Source: Pocillopora damicornis (lineage: Eukaryota). Taken from it: a DNA stretch of 64,000 nt. The first letter of the stretch is position 1. Each line of letters opens with the position of its first letter. Positions 39,991 through 53,200 of the stretch are shown here, piece after piece. The position numbers and the translations under genes are program-made. The notes under the pieces were generated by a model. That model was not told the DNA's origin, made no database searches, and worked only from the letters and a program-made list of their open reading frames with translations. The stretch lies in assembly GCF_003704095.1 (NCBI RefSeq), contig NW_020845854.1:1-64000 (forward strand), written 5' to 3'.

Positions 39991-41589
39991 CCCTCTCATA
40001 TTTAATAGAGCTTGCCACAGATTTTCATGGAGCTTTGCAGATTTTTTCGTCAAAATTATTCAGGCGTCCAGGATGATTCGTTTGTTTGAAATAAGAAATT
40101 CTGAACTTGATATTCCTTTGTCAAAGTTCACAATATGATGGCGAGGTCTGTTCCCAATAACGGCGGGATGTGAGGGCATAATAATGATGTAAATTTATCT
40201 CGTCTCTTTTGTCGTGTCTGGTCCCTTTGGAACTCTTAGTCTTAGGTTTTCAATTTCGGACAATAGTTAATATGTCTGCTATTTATATGCAAATAAGGTA
40301 AAGGATCAAAGTAATTTCAAGAACTGGCCCGCTGCATGTAAGTCTCGCTTTAGATTTGATAGTTTGTCAGAGACAGTGTGATTACTTGCGTGACGTGAAT
40401 AGATGTTTCAGTATATCATCAAAACAGTCTGATAATATAGCACAAAAATACGTTTTTACCCATTTATTTCCGGACGTAAATCCCGCATAAGTTCCTAGGA
40501 GGTGAATATCTAAGTTCAGAGTTTGAGTAACCGATCAGTTTTCGTATGTACTACTGAATATACAGCCCAAGTTTATCAGTGGGGATCGTTGCGTGACATT
40601 CCAAAGAACGGTTTGTCGTTAATTGATCAGATTGAAATGACATTGAATGAACTTTCTACCCTCGCCAAGGATAAAGGAAGTTTTACGCTTATCTTATGAA
40701 ATAGAGAATACCCTTTCTTGCTATCAGAAAGTATTTTTACACGCGCCTGTACACGCCCATTTGAAGACGCGTACGAAAGATGGCATTAAACCTCAGTTAA
40801 ACTCAATGAATTGCACTGGGTGAGAAAGAGATACATCTATATCATCACAGTTAGCCCAGGCTGGTTGTAACAGATGGACCCGTGTCAAACTTGGTTTCTA
40901 ATATACCTACCAAACAAGGCAGGTTCTGGAAACTAAGGTAAATATCTTGACGGGTGATGGTCTCATACCCTGTGTTCACTTGCTAAAAATACATCTGCAT
41001 CGCAGACTACCAGATTCTCCAGTGGTTCGTCATCGACCGTTTGATGTCCGCCTTTGATTTTCAAGTAAGTCAATCGCAACAGGTTGGAATCTTCTTTAAG
41101 ATTTAATAAAATCAAAAAGTAACCAACGATTTTCAAGAAAAAAAATAAGGTTTGCAACTTTTTTAAAAATTGGTTGAGAAAAAGGTTGTCACCGTTGCTG
41201 ATTTCTCCCTAAATTTATGTTCCAGAATGCCGGAGTTGGCTCTTGAAGTTTTTTTTATGAATATTCTTGGTAATTCGTTTCTGTATTATACATCATTGAA
41301 GAGATGAACATATATTTTTTTTCGGTTTACTTTTTCAGGGCGAACTTTTATGATAATGTGGATTCAAGCAACTTTCCCAATCCTTTTATAAACAACACCG
41401 CCATCTTAAGAGGGCGTAAAAAAGAAAATTACGTTGCCCGGAACAAGTAAACAGAATGGTTCCTGCTTTACGGGCTTTAAAATTTACCATTAAGGGCGAC
41501 TATCATGAAATTTTACGCCCCTTACTTTTTCCTTAAGACCAGTTATCTGCCGTTAGCTTTTCCGTGAATGGCATCCCGCGCACGTAACC

Positions 41590-42828
41590 TAAAATAGAGG
41601 CTTACAACACACCACTGAAGCAATGAGTGGCGGCCGGTCTTACATACTAACGTATTACGGGGCGCGGGGAACTTTTCCTATCAAAATTCAATATCACTCT
41701 TTATTTTCTTAACAGAGTGCAGAACATAACAAAAATTTTGACATATGGTATGTAAACAGAGTGGGAAAGGAAAGTATTTTGAGCCAAACCTCAAAAAGAA
41801 AACAAAGACTGGGAAAAAGATTTCTTGCCCCAATGTTAGAGTTGTCATGAAAGACTCCCCGCTGTAAATGATGTGACTTGATTTCCTGGGCTCTTCTTAG
41901 CTATCCATATATGTTCTTTTAAGTGTACAACAAGAAGACTGAAGGAAAACTGTGTTAGTTTTAATTTTAAGTGACATTGAAATATATATCATATCATCAT
42001 CAAATATGCGAATAGTTTCGTAAACTTTGCCCCGTTTACTAAGGATAGAATTCTAACGAACCAGACTCAATCAAACTGTTTTATTCCACTCTCGTATTCG
42101 CTTATTTACAACGGGTGTGTAAAAAGCTACTCTTCAAAATTTGTAAGAAATCTCTCTCCTATACGATATTGTTTACATTGTGATTGGTTGTTGCTAAGTA
42201 CTGATTTAAAAGGTCATTCAAGGTTGCCTTGATTATGTAAACCGATCAATGTCCCAAAATCACTTGCTTCTAGCTCTTGACATAATGTTCACACTCATCA
42301 ACTGACATGTGTCACGACGGATGACTGAGTCTCCGACAATAGGAACATAAAGAACTACCATGGCTAATATTCCGACCATGAAATACGCAAAAAAAAGCAG
42401 AAAGGCATCCTGTGCACGAAGCTAAAAATGGCAGCTTACAACACACCACTGATAGCGGCATTTCACACCCCCGCTACACGCTCGGACTTTTCTATTCAAA
42501 ATTCTATGTCACAAGTTATTTTCTTAAAGGAACACATATCATAACAAGACATACAAAGTGTGGTAGACAAACAGACTGGTGAAAGGAAAACATATTGAGC
42601 CAAACCCCAAAAAGGAAACAGAGATTAGAAGGAAGATCTCTTAAGTCATTATTTTAGTTGTCACGGATGACTCCCCGTTGTTTCAGGTGTCACTTGATCA
42701 GTCCCAAGTCCTTATTAAACCATGCTCTTAAGTGTACAACAGGGAGGCTAAAGGATAATTGTGATAATTTTTAATTTTTAAGCGACGGAGAAACGTATCT
42801 ACATTACCATCACAAAATATACGAACAG
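41590..42828 (+). repeat. Diverged direct duplication (about 41590-42015 and 42423-42828), possibly decayed exons
   Basis: Colinear shared blocks gcttacaacacaccactga, ttattttcttaa, ttgagccaaacc, gactccccg, ttaagtgtacaaca. Confidence 0.75.
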
Positions 42829-43840
42829 GAATAATATTGTCATAACATAGATCCTCAGTCCTGAAGTGTCACGTCATACGCGAGCTCTGTCCCACGCGCT
42901 TCTCGTGTTTCCTGTAGTGTTCCTCGGAGCGCGTCAGACAAGCCAAAGTGTGTGTTTATTTATGGAGAAAGTGTTTTCGAGAAGGTTATATCACACAATA
43001 AATAATCACATTGCACGTCATACTGTTATAAGCGAAAGCTATTGTTTATTAAATAATATTCACACTGTGACGAACTATTAATTAACATGACACTAAAGGT
43101 TAGATTTTTAAATAGCATCAATTTACGCTTGGAATTCTGCCTAATTATAATGTTGACGGGCATAACATTACTGCTTTCGACTTGTTTCGGAGTTGTCATG
43201 ACAACATACACATTTCTTTACCATCCAGTTGTACGTCTTTGTTCTTTTCACTATCGCAAGTCATAGCAATTAAATTTCCATTAGTTTTTATTCCACTGAT
43301 ACTAGCGGTGGAGCATACAGGAGACTGCTATGCTTCACCCTGCACTTCTGTCAAAAAGCATTGGTTAGTCTATTTTGGAGTATTATGTTACATGCTGGTT
43401 AAATAAATTGCCCGCATGACATTGTGAAGTGCTGTTTAACACCATCACTTTCAATTGTTATTCTTCCTGATTGAAGTCTGAAGCGTTTTTAATTGTTTGT
43501 GATTTAGGATCAGGTAATCTTGCAGGAAAGCTGTAAGGCCAAAATTGGACATACCTTTAACGGACAAACTGGAATAGTCACAGATTTTTTCGCAAACAGA
43601 GACTTATTCAAACTTATCTGCATGTACAATTTGCGCAATAGTTTTGATACGTCTGACTTGCATTCCTTTGTCTTTCGAGTTTTCATTACTGAATGGATAT
43701 TTGAGGTTATGCCCATGTATAGACATGATTCGGCAGACGTATTATGACGAGGTTTTATTAGATGACGCAAAGAGACAGTGAGAAGTGTCAAATGCATTTT
43801 GACTTCCGCGCTAAATTGTCAACAACAGGACCACAAAGCC

Positions 43841-43848
43841 TATAAAAG
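43841..43848 (+). promoter_or_regulatory. TATA box (TATAAAAG)
   Basis: Consensus TATAWAWR 57 bp upstream of ATG 43898; half-CRE TGACGCA at 43763. Confidence 0.5.
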
Positions 43849-43897
43849 TGAGAGCGCACTTGTTTCGTGTCAGTTTGAATCGTGAGACAAGCTGAGA

Positions 43898-45472
43898 ATG
43901 GAAATTCAAAATCAAAAGACGAGTGCCCCAGAAATCTTTGAGATTTGGGACATTTTCGAGTCCTACATAGCATCAGTTATCATTTACGTTTTGATCTTGG
44001 AAGCTCTCGTTGCTGTTCTATTCTTCCTTAAAATGAGAGATGCTCGCGAGCCAACCGTAAGGCACTCACGGCGGAGAAACGGAAAACTCTCCAGGCCTTT
44101 GGGCTCGTTGGAACGTGTGTTGCTGGAGAGAGAAAGAGTGAATCATTGGGGAACTGTGTCTTCGGTATTACTCCTGGATTCTGCGGAAAAACTTAAACAA
44201 GATCACTTAATAAAAGCCCTCGGCCTGCTTCCCAAACGATTTCCCCTCCTGAGGATGCGAATCAACCAGAGCGGCAGTCATGAGTGCTTTGAGGAAATGG
44301 AAAACCCAGAAACAGTGGATTTTAAAGTCCTTGACGAGATCGCGGCTAATGAATGGGAGAAGGGCTTCGAGGAAGAAATAAATGGCTCTTCTTTTAACAC
44401 TGACACAGGTCCTCTGTGGCGACTCAGGCTGCTTAAAGAGACACTTCACGTAGGAAAATACCGGAACGCTCTAGTGTTCACATTTCATCACGCCATCTGC
44501 GACGCCCAGTCCATTTTTAAGCTTCAACAACAGCTGCTGAGTTTCCTTTCTTCAATGCACGATGGAGAAGACTTTAAAGTCGAGAGTCTGCCCCTCAGAC
44601 CTCCTCTTGAATCGTTGACATCAAGTCTCGTTAAACCAAATATTTGGGAAAGACTGTTGTTTAAGAGTGTATTTGCCCTCCAGCGAGTGAAGAACATCTT
44701 TGTTAAGCCAAAGAACTTGTATCTGTCGTTCTACCCTCCTGTCGCCGATTCCGATCCGTCGGTGATGAAGAAAACTTGTCTACTTGGTCGCAGTCTGTCT
44801 GAGGAGGATACCAAGCTGTTAATAAAGAACTGTAAGTCCAACAAGTGCACTGTGCACGGCGCTATAACCGCTTCCACACATCTGGCAATTACGCGACTTC
44901 TACAGAAAAAGAAACAAGACTTAAACGCTCCGGTCACTGTCGAATCGTCTTACTCCGTTAGTTTACGGAAGGACTGCCAGCCACAGGTGAGCAGCGATGA
45001 TTTTGGAGCTTTCATCTCCGCAAGTGTGTTATCCATTCCAGTACCCAGTGTTGACCTCACAGATAAGCGAGGATTTTGGCAGTTTGCGCGCGCGTGTGCT
45101 CGCGAGGTACACACGCAGGTGGATTCTGGAAAACATAGGAACGCTCTGAAGTTTTATCAATGCATTGACATTAGATCGTACTGTAAAATGTCCGATTATA
45201 AGCACAACGAAGGCCGTAGAAGCCACATATGTAATATAAATAATTACGGGGCTCAGAGCACTAATCTGAGTGAAGAGAGTCTTTTTAAGATTGCAGGGTC
45301 GTATTTTGGTGTGCAAGGCGCGAAAACCAGTCACATATTTGGCAACAATATCATGACAGTTGACGGCAAGCTTTACTGGGCTGTAGAGTATTTTCCACAT
45401 GTCACCTCTAAAACACAAGCAGAAGATTTTACTGATTTAACCTTGGAAATTTTAAAGGGGGCTTCTGTTTGA
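43898..45472 (+). CDS. Intronless CoA-dependent acyltransferase / condensation-domain-fold protein with N-terminal membrane anchor, 524 aa
   Basis: Paralog of 38084-39487, with long identical blocks such as LLPKRFPLLRMRIN and TVDGKLYWAVEYFPHVT; motif FTFHHAICDA; extra hydrophobic segment IASVIIYVLILEALVAVLFFL followed by basic residues. Confidence 0.87.
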   Translation: MEIQNQKTSAPEIFEIWDIFESYIASVIIYVLILEALVAVLFFLKMRDAREPTVRHSRRRNGKLSRPLGSLERVLLERERVNHWGTVSSVLLLDSAEKLKQDHLIKALGLLPKRFPLLRMRINQSGSHECFEEMENPETVDFKVLDEIAANEWEKGFEEEINGSSFNTDTGPLWRLRLLKETLHVGKYRNALVFTFHHAICDAQSIFKLQQQLLSFLSSMHDGEDFKVESLPLRPPLESLTSSLVKPNIWERLLFKSVFALQRVKNIFVKPKNLYLSFYPPVADSDPSVMKKTCLLGRSLSEEDTKLLIKNCKSNKCTVHGAITASTHLAITRLLQKKKQDLNAPVTVESSYSVSLRKDCQPQVSSDDFGAFISASVLSIPVPSVDLTDKRGFWQFARACAREVHTQVDSGKHRNALKFYQCIDIRSYCKMSDYKHNEGRRSHICNINNYGAQSTNLSEESLFKIAGSYFGVQGAKTSHIFGNNIMTVDGKLYWAVEYFPHVTSKTQAEDFTDLTLEILKGASV

Positions 45473-47275
45473 TAGCAGTTTAATATTACAAATAAATTTT
45501 GCGCAAGCTAAAATTGTGTAGTTGTTTATAGTTATTTATTCATCAAAAGTTTCTTCTACCGTTAAGGGCTGAAATTGTAAAGAGGTATTTACATTTCAGC
45601 GTAAAGCAGTTATTTAACTTGTTGTTTCATCGACGTCGTCTTTGCAAAACTTGCGGGGTGTTCACGTATAATAGCTTAATATCAACAAAAGAAATATATT
45701 TTGTGTAAATTTAACCTTAGTCATAAGAAGAACACATCAAGATTTGGTATGTACATTTCAGTAGGTTCGATTTTGGCGAAGATATTTGAAATAAATAAAA
45801 TATTAAAACACAAATTTTGATATTGTTGTCTCTTTTCGCATCGCGTGTCTCCACAATGTTTGTCAAAGCGGTCAAGGTTATTTCCTTCAAACATTATACA
45901 TAAAGCGGTTCCGTTTCTATCATCCTTCAAAAGGTTTTTGCTGTCATATCAAACCCACACTTGGCCAGCCGGAAAACTAGCTACATAAATGTGTGCACTC
46001 TTAACGCCCCTGACATCGTGTCAAAAGTAATACGGGATAACCCCGGACTGAATTGGTTTATTTAACTGCGCTCTGTAGTTGGTTAAGAAATATTACACTC
46101 AACTCTTAGTCATTCAGAATGACGCAAAACTCATACCCTGCGCAACTTGCTCGCTTCCTTATAATTGTATGTACTTTGGGTCTTCACTGCTTCTTTCGAA
46201 TTGTGTGCATTGGCTTCAGTTCAACGACTTTTCCCGCCTTTTCACGCTGCATGCGGAAACTTTAGGACTGGCCCGAGTGTTGCACGGCGAGTGAAGGAAC
46301 GACCCCTGAAGCAGACCCCGGGAAAAAGTTCTGCTAAGTAACTGTACTGACTTGTTTTTATTACTTTTTTTTTATTTGAGGTAACTAGCTTCTCATTTGT
46401 ACGCAGCGGGTATCCCTTCGCAAAGAAAAGCAAGGACATTTTTATTTCATATTCCCAGTTTCTGACAAAATCATCAGAATAATTTGATAATGGTCAATTC
46501 CGTATACAGATCATTTGGGATGAGTAAATTTTGGTGACCAGACCAAGGGAGAAACCAGCCCTCATTAATAGACTACATATTTCAATGCTGCATTTGTACA
46601 GCTTTTTCTGTACATTCCTTAGATAATTTCTCTAAACAAGAAATGTTCCAGCCGTGGCCGTTCTTCTGCCTGCAAAAAAATTGTTCGACGACAGTGTTGT
46701 CCCAACACATTTCTCAAAATGCACAATACCAGATTTTCTACATGCCCCCTGTAAGAATTAGTAAGGCTGAGTTCTTCGTTGTAAAATCATCTTCTTCTAC
46801 TGATACTCAGAGAACACGATTGCAGTGTGGTCCATTGAGCACTGCATGCAGTAAACTACTTTCATGCTGACTTTATAGAGGGTAGTTCGAAAAAACGCTT
46901 CGCAGAGGAGAAGTGAGGATGACGAAGACAGTTCCATCTTCCTACTGTCAAATCAAACCGTTGAAGGCGTGTTTCATACGAGGAAATCGCTCTGAAGAAG
47001 TCTTTCGACTGCCAAAAGTATTTTGGCTTGGTTCCTACGAGTAAGCTTCACAAATCCGAATAAATTTGAACTCCCGCTTTAAAATATGGTGATCATTTGA
47101 TTCGAACCTGGAGCCAGTCCATTTGAATTCAATGCAGTTCCTCTGTTTTTTTATCACTCTCACATTCTGATCACAAGTCAAGGTTTCGTGACACAAGAGC
47201 AACAGTAACGAAAGGTCTGCTACCAAACTCTTTCTCGTCTCATTCACATGGAAAAATGGCGACACTCCCTTTCAT

Positions 47276-50200
47276 TTATATCCAACGTTTCGCTGTACTC
47301 AGAACATAAATAGCCATTGTACCCACAGAAGCTGTTAATGTCCACACAGCGAGCTTCATGTAAGGATTTGTTTGTGTCGCCGATTGGAAATTTTGTGAAA
47401 CTTCGAGTTCATTGTTTGTGTAAAGGGCAAGCTGTTTTTTCCTTTGTCTCAGAACAGAATCAGGTCTTTGGTCTCCTAACTCTCGTATAAACTGCTTGTG
47501 CTTGGCTACGGTTATGCTAAATTGAAAAAAAATCACTCGTACATTAAAGAGAAAAAAATGATGCAAGGTAAACATTGGAGAATTCTTCGAAAGGAACTTG
47601 TAAGTACCACACGATTTCTAAGGAAAAAAGAAAATCTATATAGAGAGATAAAACTCTGGATATTTGAGGTTGCGGATTTTGTCGTCACTTGTGATTTTAT
47701 TTACTTAAAAAAAAGGATCGCTGGACAAATTGACATGTCTCTCGTTTAGAGACTACAGAGAAATACTGGAGAATTTCCCTAACAAATCAACCCTTAAAAT
47801 GCAGATTCTTGTATTAAGCAGAAGAATCGATGAAGAAAACTGACAAAAGAAATCAACAAAAATTAAGATGATGCACAGAAGAGCGTAAATTCTTCTCGAC
47901 TTATGAACACGCAACGTTTCAATTTACAACTAAAAATGTAGCTACAGGTTCTGAAAAGGACTGTTGTCGATGACCATGGCAGTCGTTTTTAACGTTGCAA
48001 AGCAAAAAACACCAATTACCTTTCTTTAAGATAGCGGTCAACAGCTCCAGATAGCTTTTCAGGGGGAAATTTACGGAACAGCGAATGCGCAGTGGTGATA
48101 AGTTCTTCAACGTAGTCAGGAAGATCATCGGGAATTCGAGAAAGAAGATGGTGTACATAGCTCATTTCACATTCGCCGGCCAGCACTTCAGAACGACGCC
48201 GGATCACAAGCTAGTAACAAAAAAGTTTAAACATAGATTAAAATGAATGTTTCGTTTCTTTTCACACTTGCCTTGGCTGAAAAACCTACGTGTAGTTATC
48301 GCTCGCACGAAAATCCTGCGGCAGTTTTAGCTTGTGGATTGACATATTTCTTCAAATTTGCGAAGTTCAAGGTGACTGAACTGGTGGGAACTAATTTTTG
48401 CGGTTCTTTTTCCATCTCGTTAGGAGAACCTAAATAAGGGAAAAAAACCGAGATATTTTTAGATGGCCGTCGAGTGATGAGTGTATCAGGTCATGTTATA
48501 AATACTCCGACGTTCCCTTATTGTATCTTCTTTACTCCTATTAAAGCTACGAAACCGTTTAAAGCGTGGGAAAATGCGAAGGGCCGACTCACGATTAGTT
48601 TGAGTTTTGATGCTGATTGAATGAGAGGATGTCGAGTTTTCTGGACCAATCACAGAGACACAATCATACAAACTGGGTACAAAATTTCACTAAAATCTAC
48701 TGGTAAGATAAAGAAGGAGGACACAGCAACTCACAGCGGCACCGAAGTACACAGGCATAAGAGGATGGGTGGCCAGAAAGAAGTCATACAGGCGCACTAT
48801 GGTGGAAAAATCCTTCAACACGTGACCATACCACGTGATTAGCCAGCTGAGGGCAAACACCTGTCCCACTTCAGACCTTGTCAGTGTAAGGAATGAATTA
48901 TTACTAAATTTGTGATCATCATTTTTTCGCAATATTATGCTAGGTACTGCAATGGAATGTATTGTGGTATTGATATATTCACAGTCGTGCAATGGAGTGT
49001 GGTAGACATGGAGGCCTTAAGGTTAGAGCAATCGACTTTGGATTAAAAGGACTGGGTTCCAGCTCTAACCCAGGGGTTAACCTAACCAAGGTCATTGTGT
49101 TCTTGAGTTGCGCATTTTTCACGAACAATGTCTCTCTTCATCCAAGGGTAGAGATGGGGGTACCAGTGATGGGCTACCACCCTATCCAGGAGGAGAATTA
49201 CTACTTAGCAGCTTGGTGAAGTCCAGAAATGTGGATCACTTGGCTTGTGCCCCATACTTTACCTACTCTGTATACCTTTTGGAGCCTGAAAAGTGATCTT
49301 GTCTTACAAAAGACATGTAACCAAAAGTCGAAACCGTAGGGGGGGTCTCATACATATGTATAACTAACAGCATAATATAGCAAGTGGATCACAAGGGTGG
49401 AAACTAAGGAAAACAATTCACTAGGGTGAAGTTCATGATTTCCAGGCTTGGCTGCTGAAATAAACTAAAATAACATACCTGACAAGAAATTCCCTCAATT
49501 CTGGATCAGCTTCTTCAATAATGGGATGCAAAAATGCCAGCATTTTAGTTGTCTTCTCCATTGAACCTTCCATGAAGTCCCTGAAACAAAAAAGCACAGA
49601 TGCCAACAGAAATAACCACCTGAAACAGTTTGGTTTTACATGTACTATTGGAGAAGATTGTAAAAGGAAAATCACTGAACAGTAAAAATGTCAAAGAGGT
49701 ATTACACGCAAAAAGAGCTACAGTTGAACTTCAAGAAAAATGCAACTTTTCAAACTATACCAGTGGCTTTTGCTGTTGAGCCACGTCCTGGCAAGCTGAC
49801 TGCTACATTTCAGTGAACTCTCAAGGAAAGAAGCAATGGCTCGGTGTTTAATGGACTAAAGTCTAGATGGAGAGGTCCTGGTTTACCACTCAATAAATAT
49901 TCCAACCCATGATAAAAAAATTCCTTGTTTTGTCAGTTTACCTCAGTTGATGAAGAGACAATTGCTCCAGAAGAGCTGTAGCTAACTCCTCTCCAGCTAC
50001 AAGCAACAGAGTAACAGCCACATCATGGTAACCCTTTCAAAATGATAATCAAAAGTATTTGATTTATTATTATAAATGTTGTAATCTACCCAAAAAAAAG
50101 GGGCATCTATGCCACTCAAAACTCATAGGTTCCTCCTTGTGTATATGACTTTAACATACATAATTGCCTTGATAAATAACAAACAATTTTTATCATTATT

Positions 50201-53200
50201 TATTATTCATAAATAACAGCATACCTGATAATAATGCAGATCCTGATTTCTACACAATACTCTCATGATGATCCTCACCAGCTGCTCTTGAAGGGTGCGA
50301 CGCCTTGATGCTCTCATCTCTGATACAAAATGAAAGTAAGAAAACTGTAACCAGAGGTCTGATTTTTTTACTGTACATTGGGTAGTTGAGAAAGATGGGA
50401 TGACAAAAAGAGTCTTAACAAACTCTAAGCCACATTATAAAACAGTCCAAAACTACTCACAATAGATTCAAAGAGCATGGGAGCACTAGTAATAACTAAA
50501 CTATGGGTATCTTACATTGCTATTAATCAAAATATCAAAGTTACTGTAAAGGAACCATTAAATTGACAAAAAAAATCACATTGAGACATTGTATAAAGAG
50601 AGTGCATAATTATTGATTCACCTATTAGAAATATTTGACAGAAGAAGAGAGGAAACAGCAGAATACAGGCTACATGATTGAGGACATGACCAAGATTTTC
50701 CCAAAGAAACCCCAAGTGATTGGGAGGGTATGCTTATGCCCAGTTTCCATTTGATCACCAGAATAGACCCAATTGCCCTGAATTTTAGTGTATTTGAGAT
50801 GAGAAATCTAAACCCTTAGACACTGCAAGTGTCCATATATGACCGAAAAATAAGCTTCAGCCCTGATACCATTGTACAACTACATGTAGCAGTCAAGTAA
50901 CTTACCAGAGGGAAACCTCCTGTGTGATCGATCAACATCTAAGTTTACTTGTCTCCAGTACTTGTGTACTTGAAACTGTTCCAACTCAGAATTGTCTTTG
51001 GGAAAAATAAATCTTTACAATACAATCTTTGTCACATTCTCAGGGGATTTAATATGTTTTGAAGAAGATGGAAACAACTGCCAAGTTCACAGCGTTGGGC
51101 AGTTTGACATTCACTCTTATGTTTTCAATTTCAGAGAAAGTAAGGGGTTATTTAGCCTGGCACAGATGGCAAATTTTTCAGATACTGAATCTTGTTGAAC
51201 CCCCTGTCTTCCTGTAGCTGTATCTTACTTAAAGAATAAAATCCCAGAAGTGTCTCAGTGGCAAAACACATAAAAAGCTAAGTCCCTTGCCAGATTTCAC
51301 ACGTCAGACAGATCTGATTTCACAGTTGGATGCAATATCAGCTGAGCAACAAGAAAATGTTTTCAATTGGTGAATTTGTACATATACTTGGTTTGCATAT
51401 TTTTACCTATCTTCTTGTCTTTGTTTCTTGAAATCTCCAGTGTATTGACATTGAGTAGTTTAGACCACACTTTACACCTCAAGTCTACAGCAATGTAACC
51501 ATCAGCTGTGATGCTCAGGTCTTTCAGTGATGGCACATCCACTGGGTCTGAATCTAAAGCATCTGTTATCCTGCGAATCTTACCTCGCAGACGGGCCTCT
51601 GACACTGCAAAGGAAATTATAACAGCTACATAAGATACCGTATTTCCTCTGATAAGCTCCCAGGCACTTATTTAAAATTTTGGCAATAACCCTTTAACTC
51701 CTAGAAGTGATTCACATGTAACTTCTTCCTAAAATATCCATCTGCTAACCAGCAAACAGGTAATGAGAGTACTCAAATGTATAAGGTAGAAGTTTTTATC
51801 TGGATCTAACACCAAATTCTTGCAACTAATTTACAAAGAAATGTGTAGCAGCTAGAGGGGAGAATCAACAATCACATCCTGTGAGTTGAAGGGTTAAGGG
51901 GGTGCTCAAGGGGGGTTCTTATTATTCTCCTGTACCAATTCCACCATAGATGAAGCATACAAAGTTTTAAATTAAGTGTATACCTATTGTTTAAGAAAGT
52001 TACTGAGGAGAGGGAGTGTTTGTTTGACATTATGGGGGTGGTGGGTGCATATTTAGGGAGGGTGCTTATTAGAGTGTTGAGGCTTATTCAAGGAAATGCA
52101 AAAACTAAAAATATTTCCCTCAAGTTAAAATGAAACCAATCATGTCAACCTGTGCATATGTGTGATATTTTCAGCTTATGAATTTAAGTTGTAAATTCAA
52201 TGTTTGTTGATTCCTGTTTATCTTTGTTTTGGAATACTTCTCTTATGCTTTGTGCAAAGGAAAAAGCACAGCAAACTAGTCAAAATGATTTCAACCTGAA
52301 TTTCATCTTAAAATACAACATAAAATCACCGTGAAAAGATGGAAGGAAAGATCCATGTGGTACAAAATAATGTAATAATGTGTGACAAGGGTCACAACTC
52401 ATGATTCATTTATGAAATACAAACAAATTGCACTCTTTACTCACTATAACTGTCACTGTCATTTGACTGTTTGCCCTTGAAGCTCACAGTTTTACCTGAG
52501 CTTTGCTTTCTATAAAATTATTCACATCCCAAAACAGATATTGTCAAAAAATATCTGTGCAAACCTTTCTGTCAAATGGTGGTTATTGTTTATATATTCT
52601 CTGCTTTAATGTACAATGATAGGCTAGGACTATGGTAAAGAAAAAAAGCTGTTCTAACTGGCTGACTGGCTGACTGTCAGTTGTCAATCAGCAAACTTGT
52701 TGGATGGTTGTCTTGATAACTGGTCAAGTCGCCTGAGAGTCATCTCCCCCAAAGTCATGTTGCCTGAAATTTTAGTAATGTGGCCCGAAAAAAAAAAGTC
52801 AAGTCACTTGAAGAAACAAATACGAAAAAGATCAGAATTTCAGACTGTAAATAGGCAATTGCACTGAATTTTTTATCACTATAGCACTCTTTGTTTCCAA
52901 CAACACCATGAAGATTCTAAAAGCATTGTTCGTTTCTAACAACAAAGGGAAGTGTTCTCCATTTATGAGAAAAAAAATGAAGCCTTGTTCATTTGGTATG
53001 TACTTGTTTCTTACTCACGGACATTTCATAAGCTTGGGAAACTCTTTCTTGTTTCTCAAAATGTCATGAAGACTTTGACTACACAGAAATCGATTGTATG
53101 GTCAGAATTGAAATATGTTTGAGTAATGACTCTAAAAGTATTGTTTGTTTCTAACAACAGAGGGAAGCATTGTTGGTTGAAACAAAGAGCGTTTTAGTGA

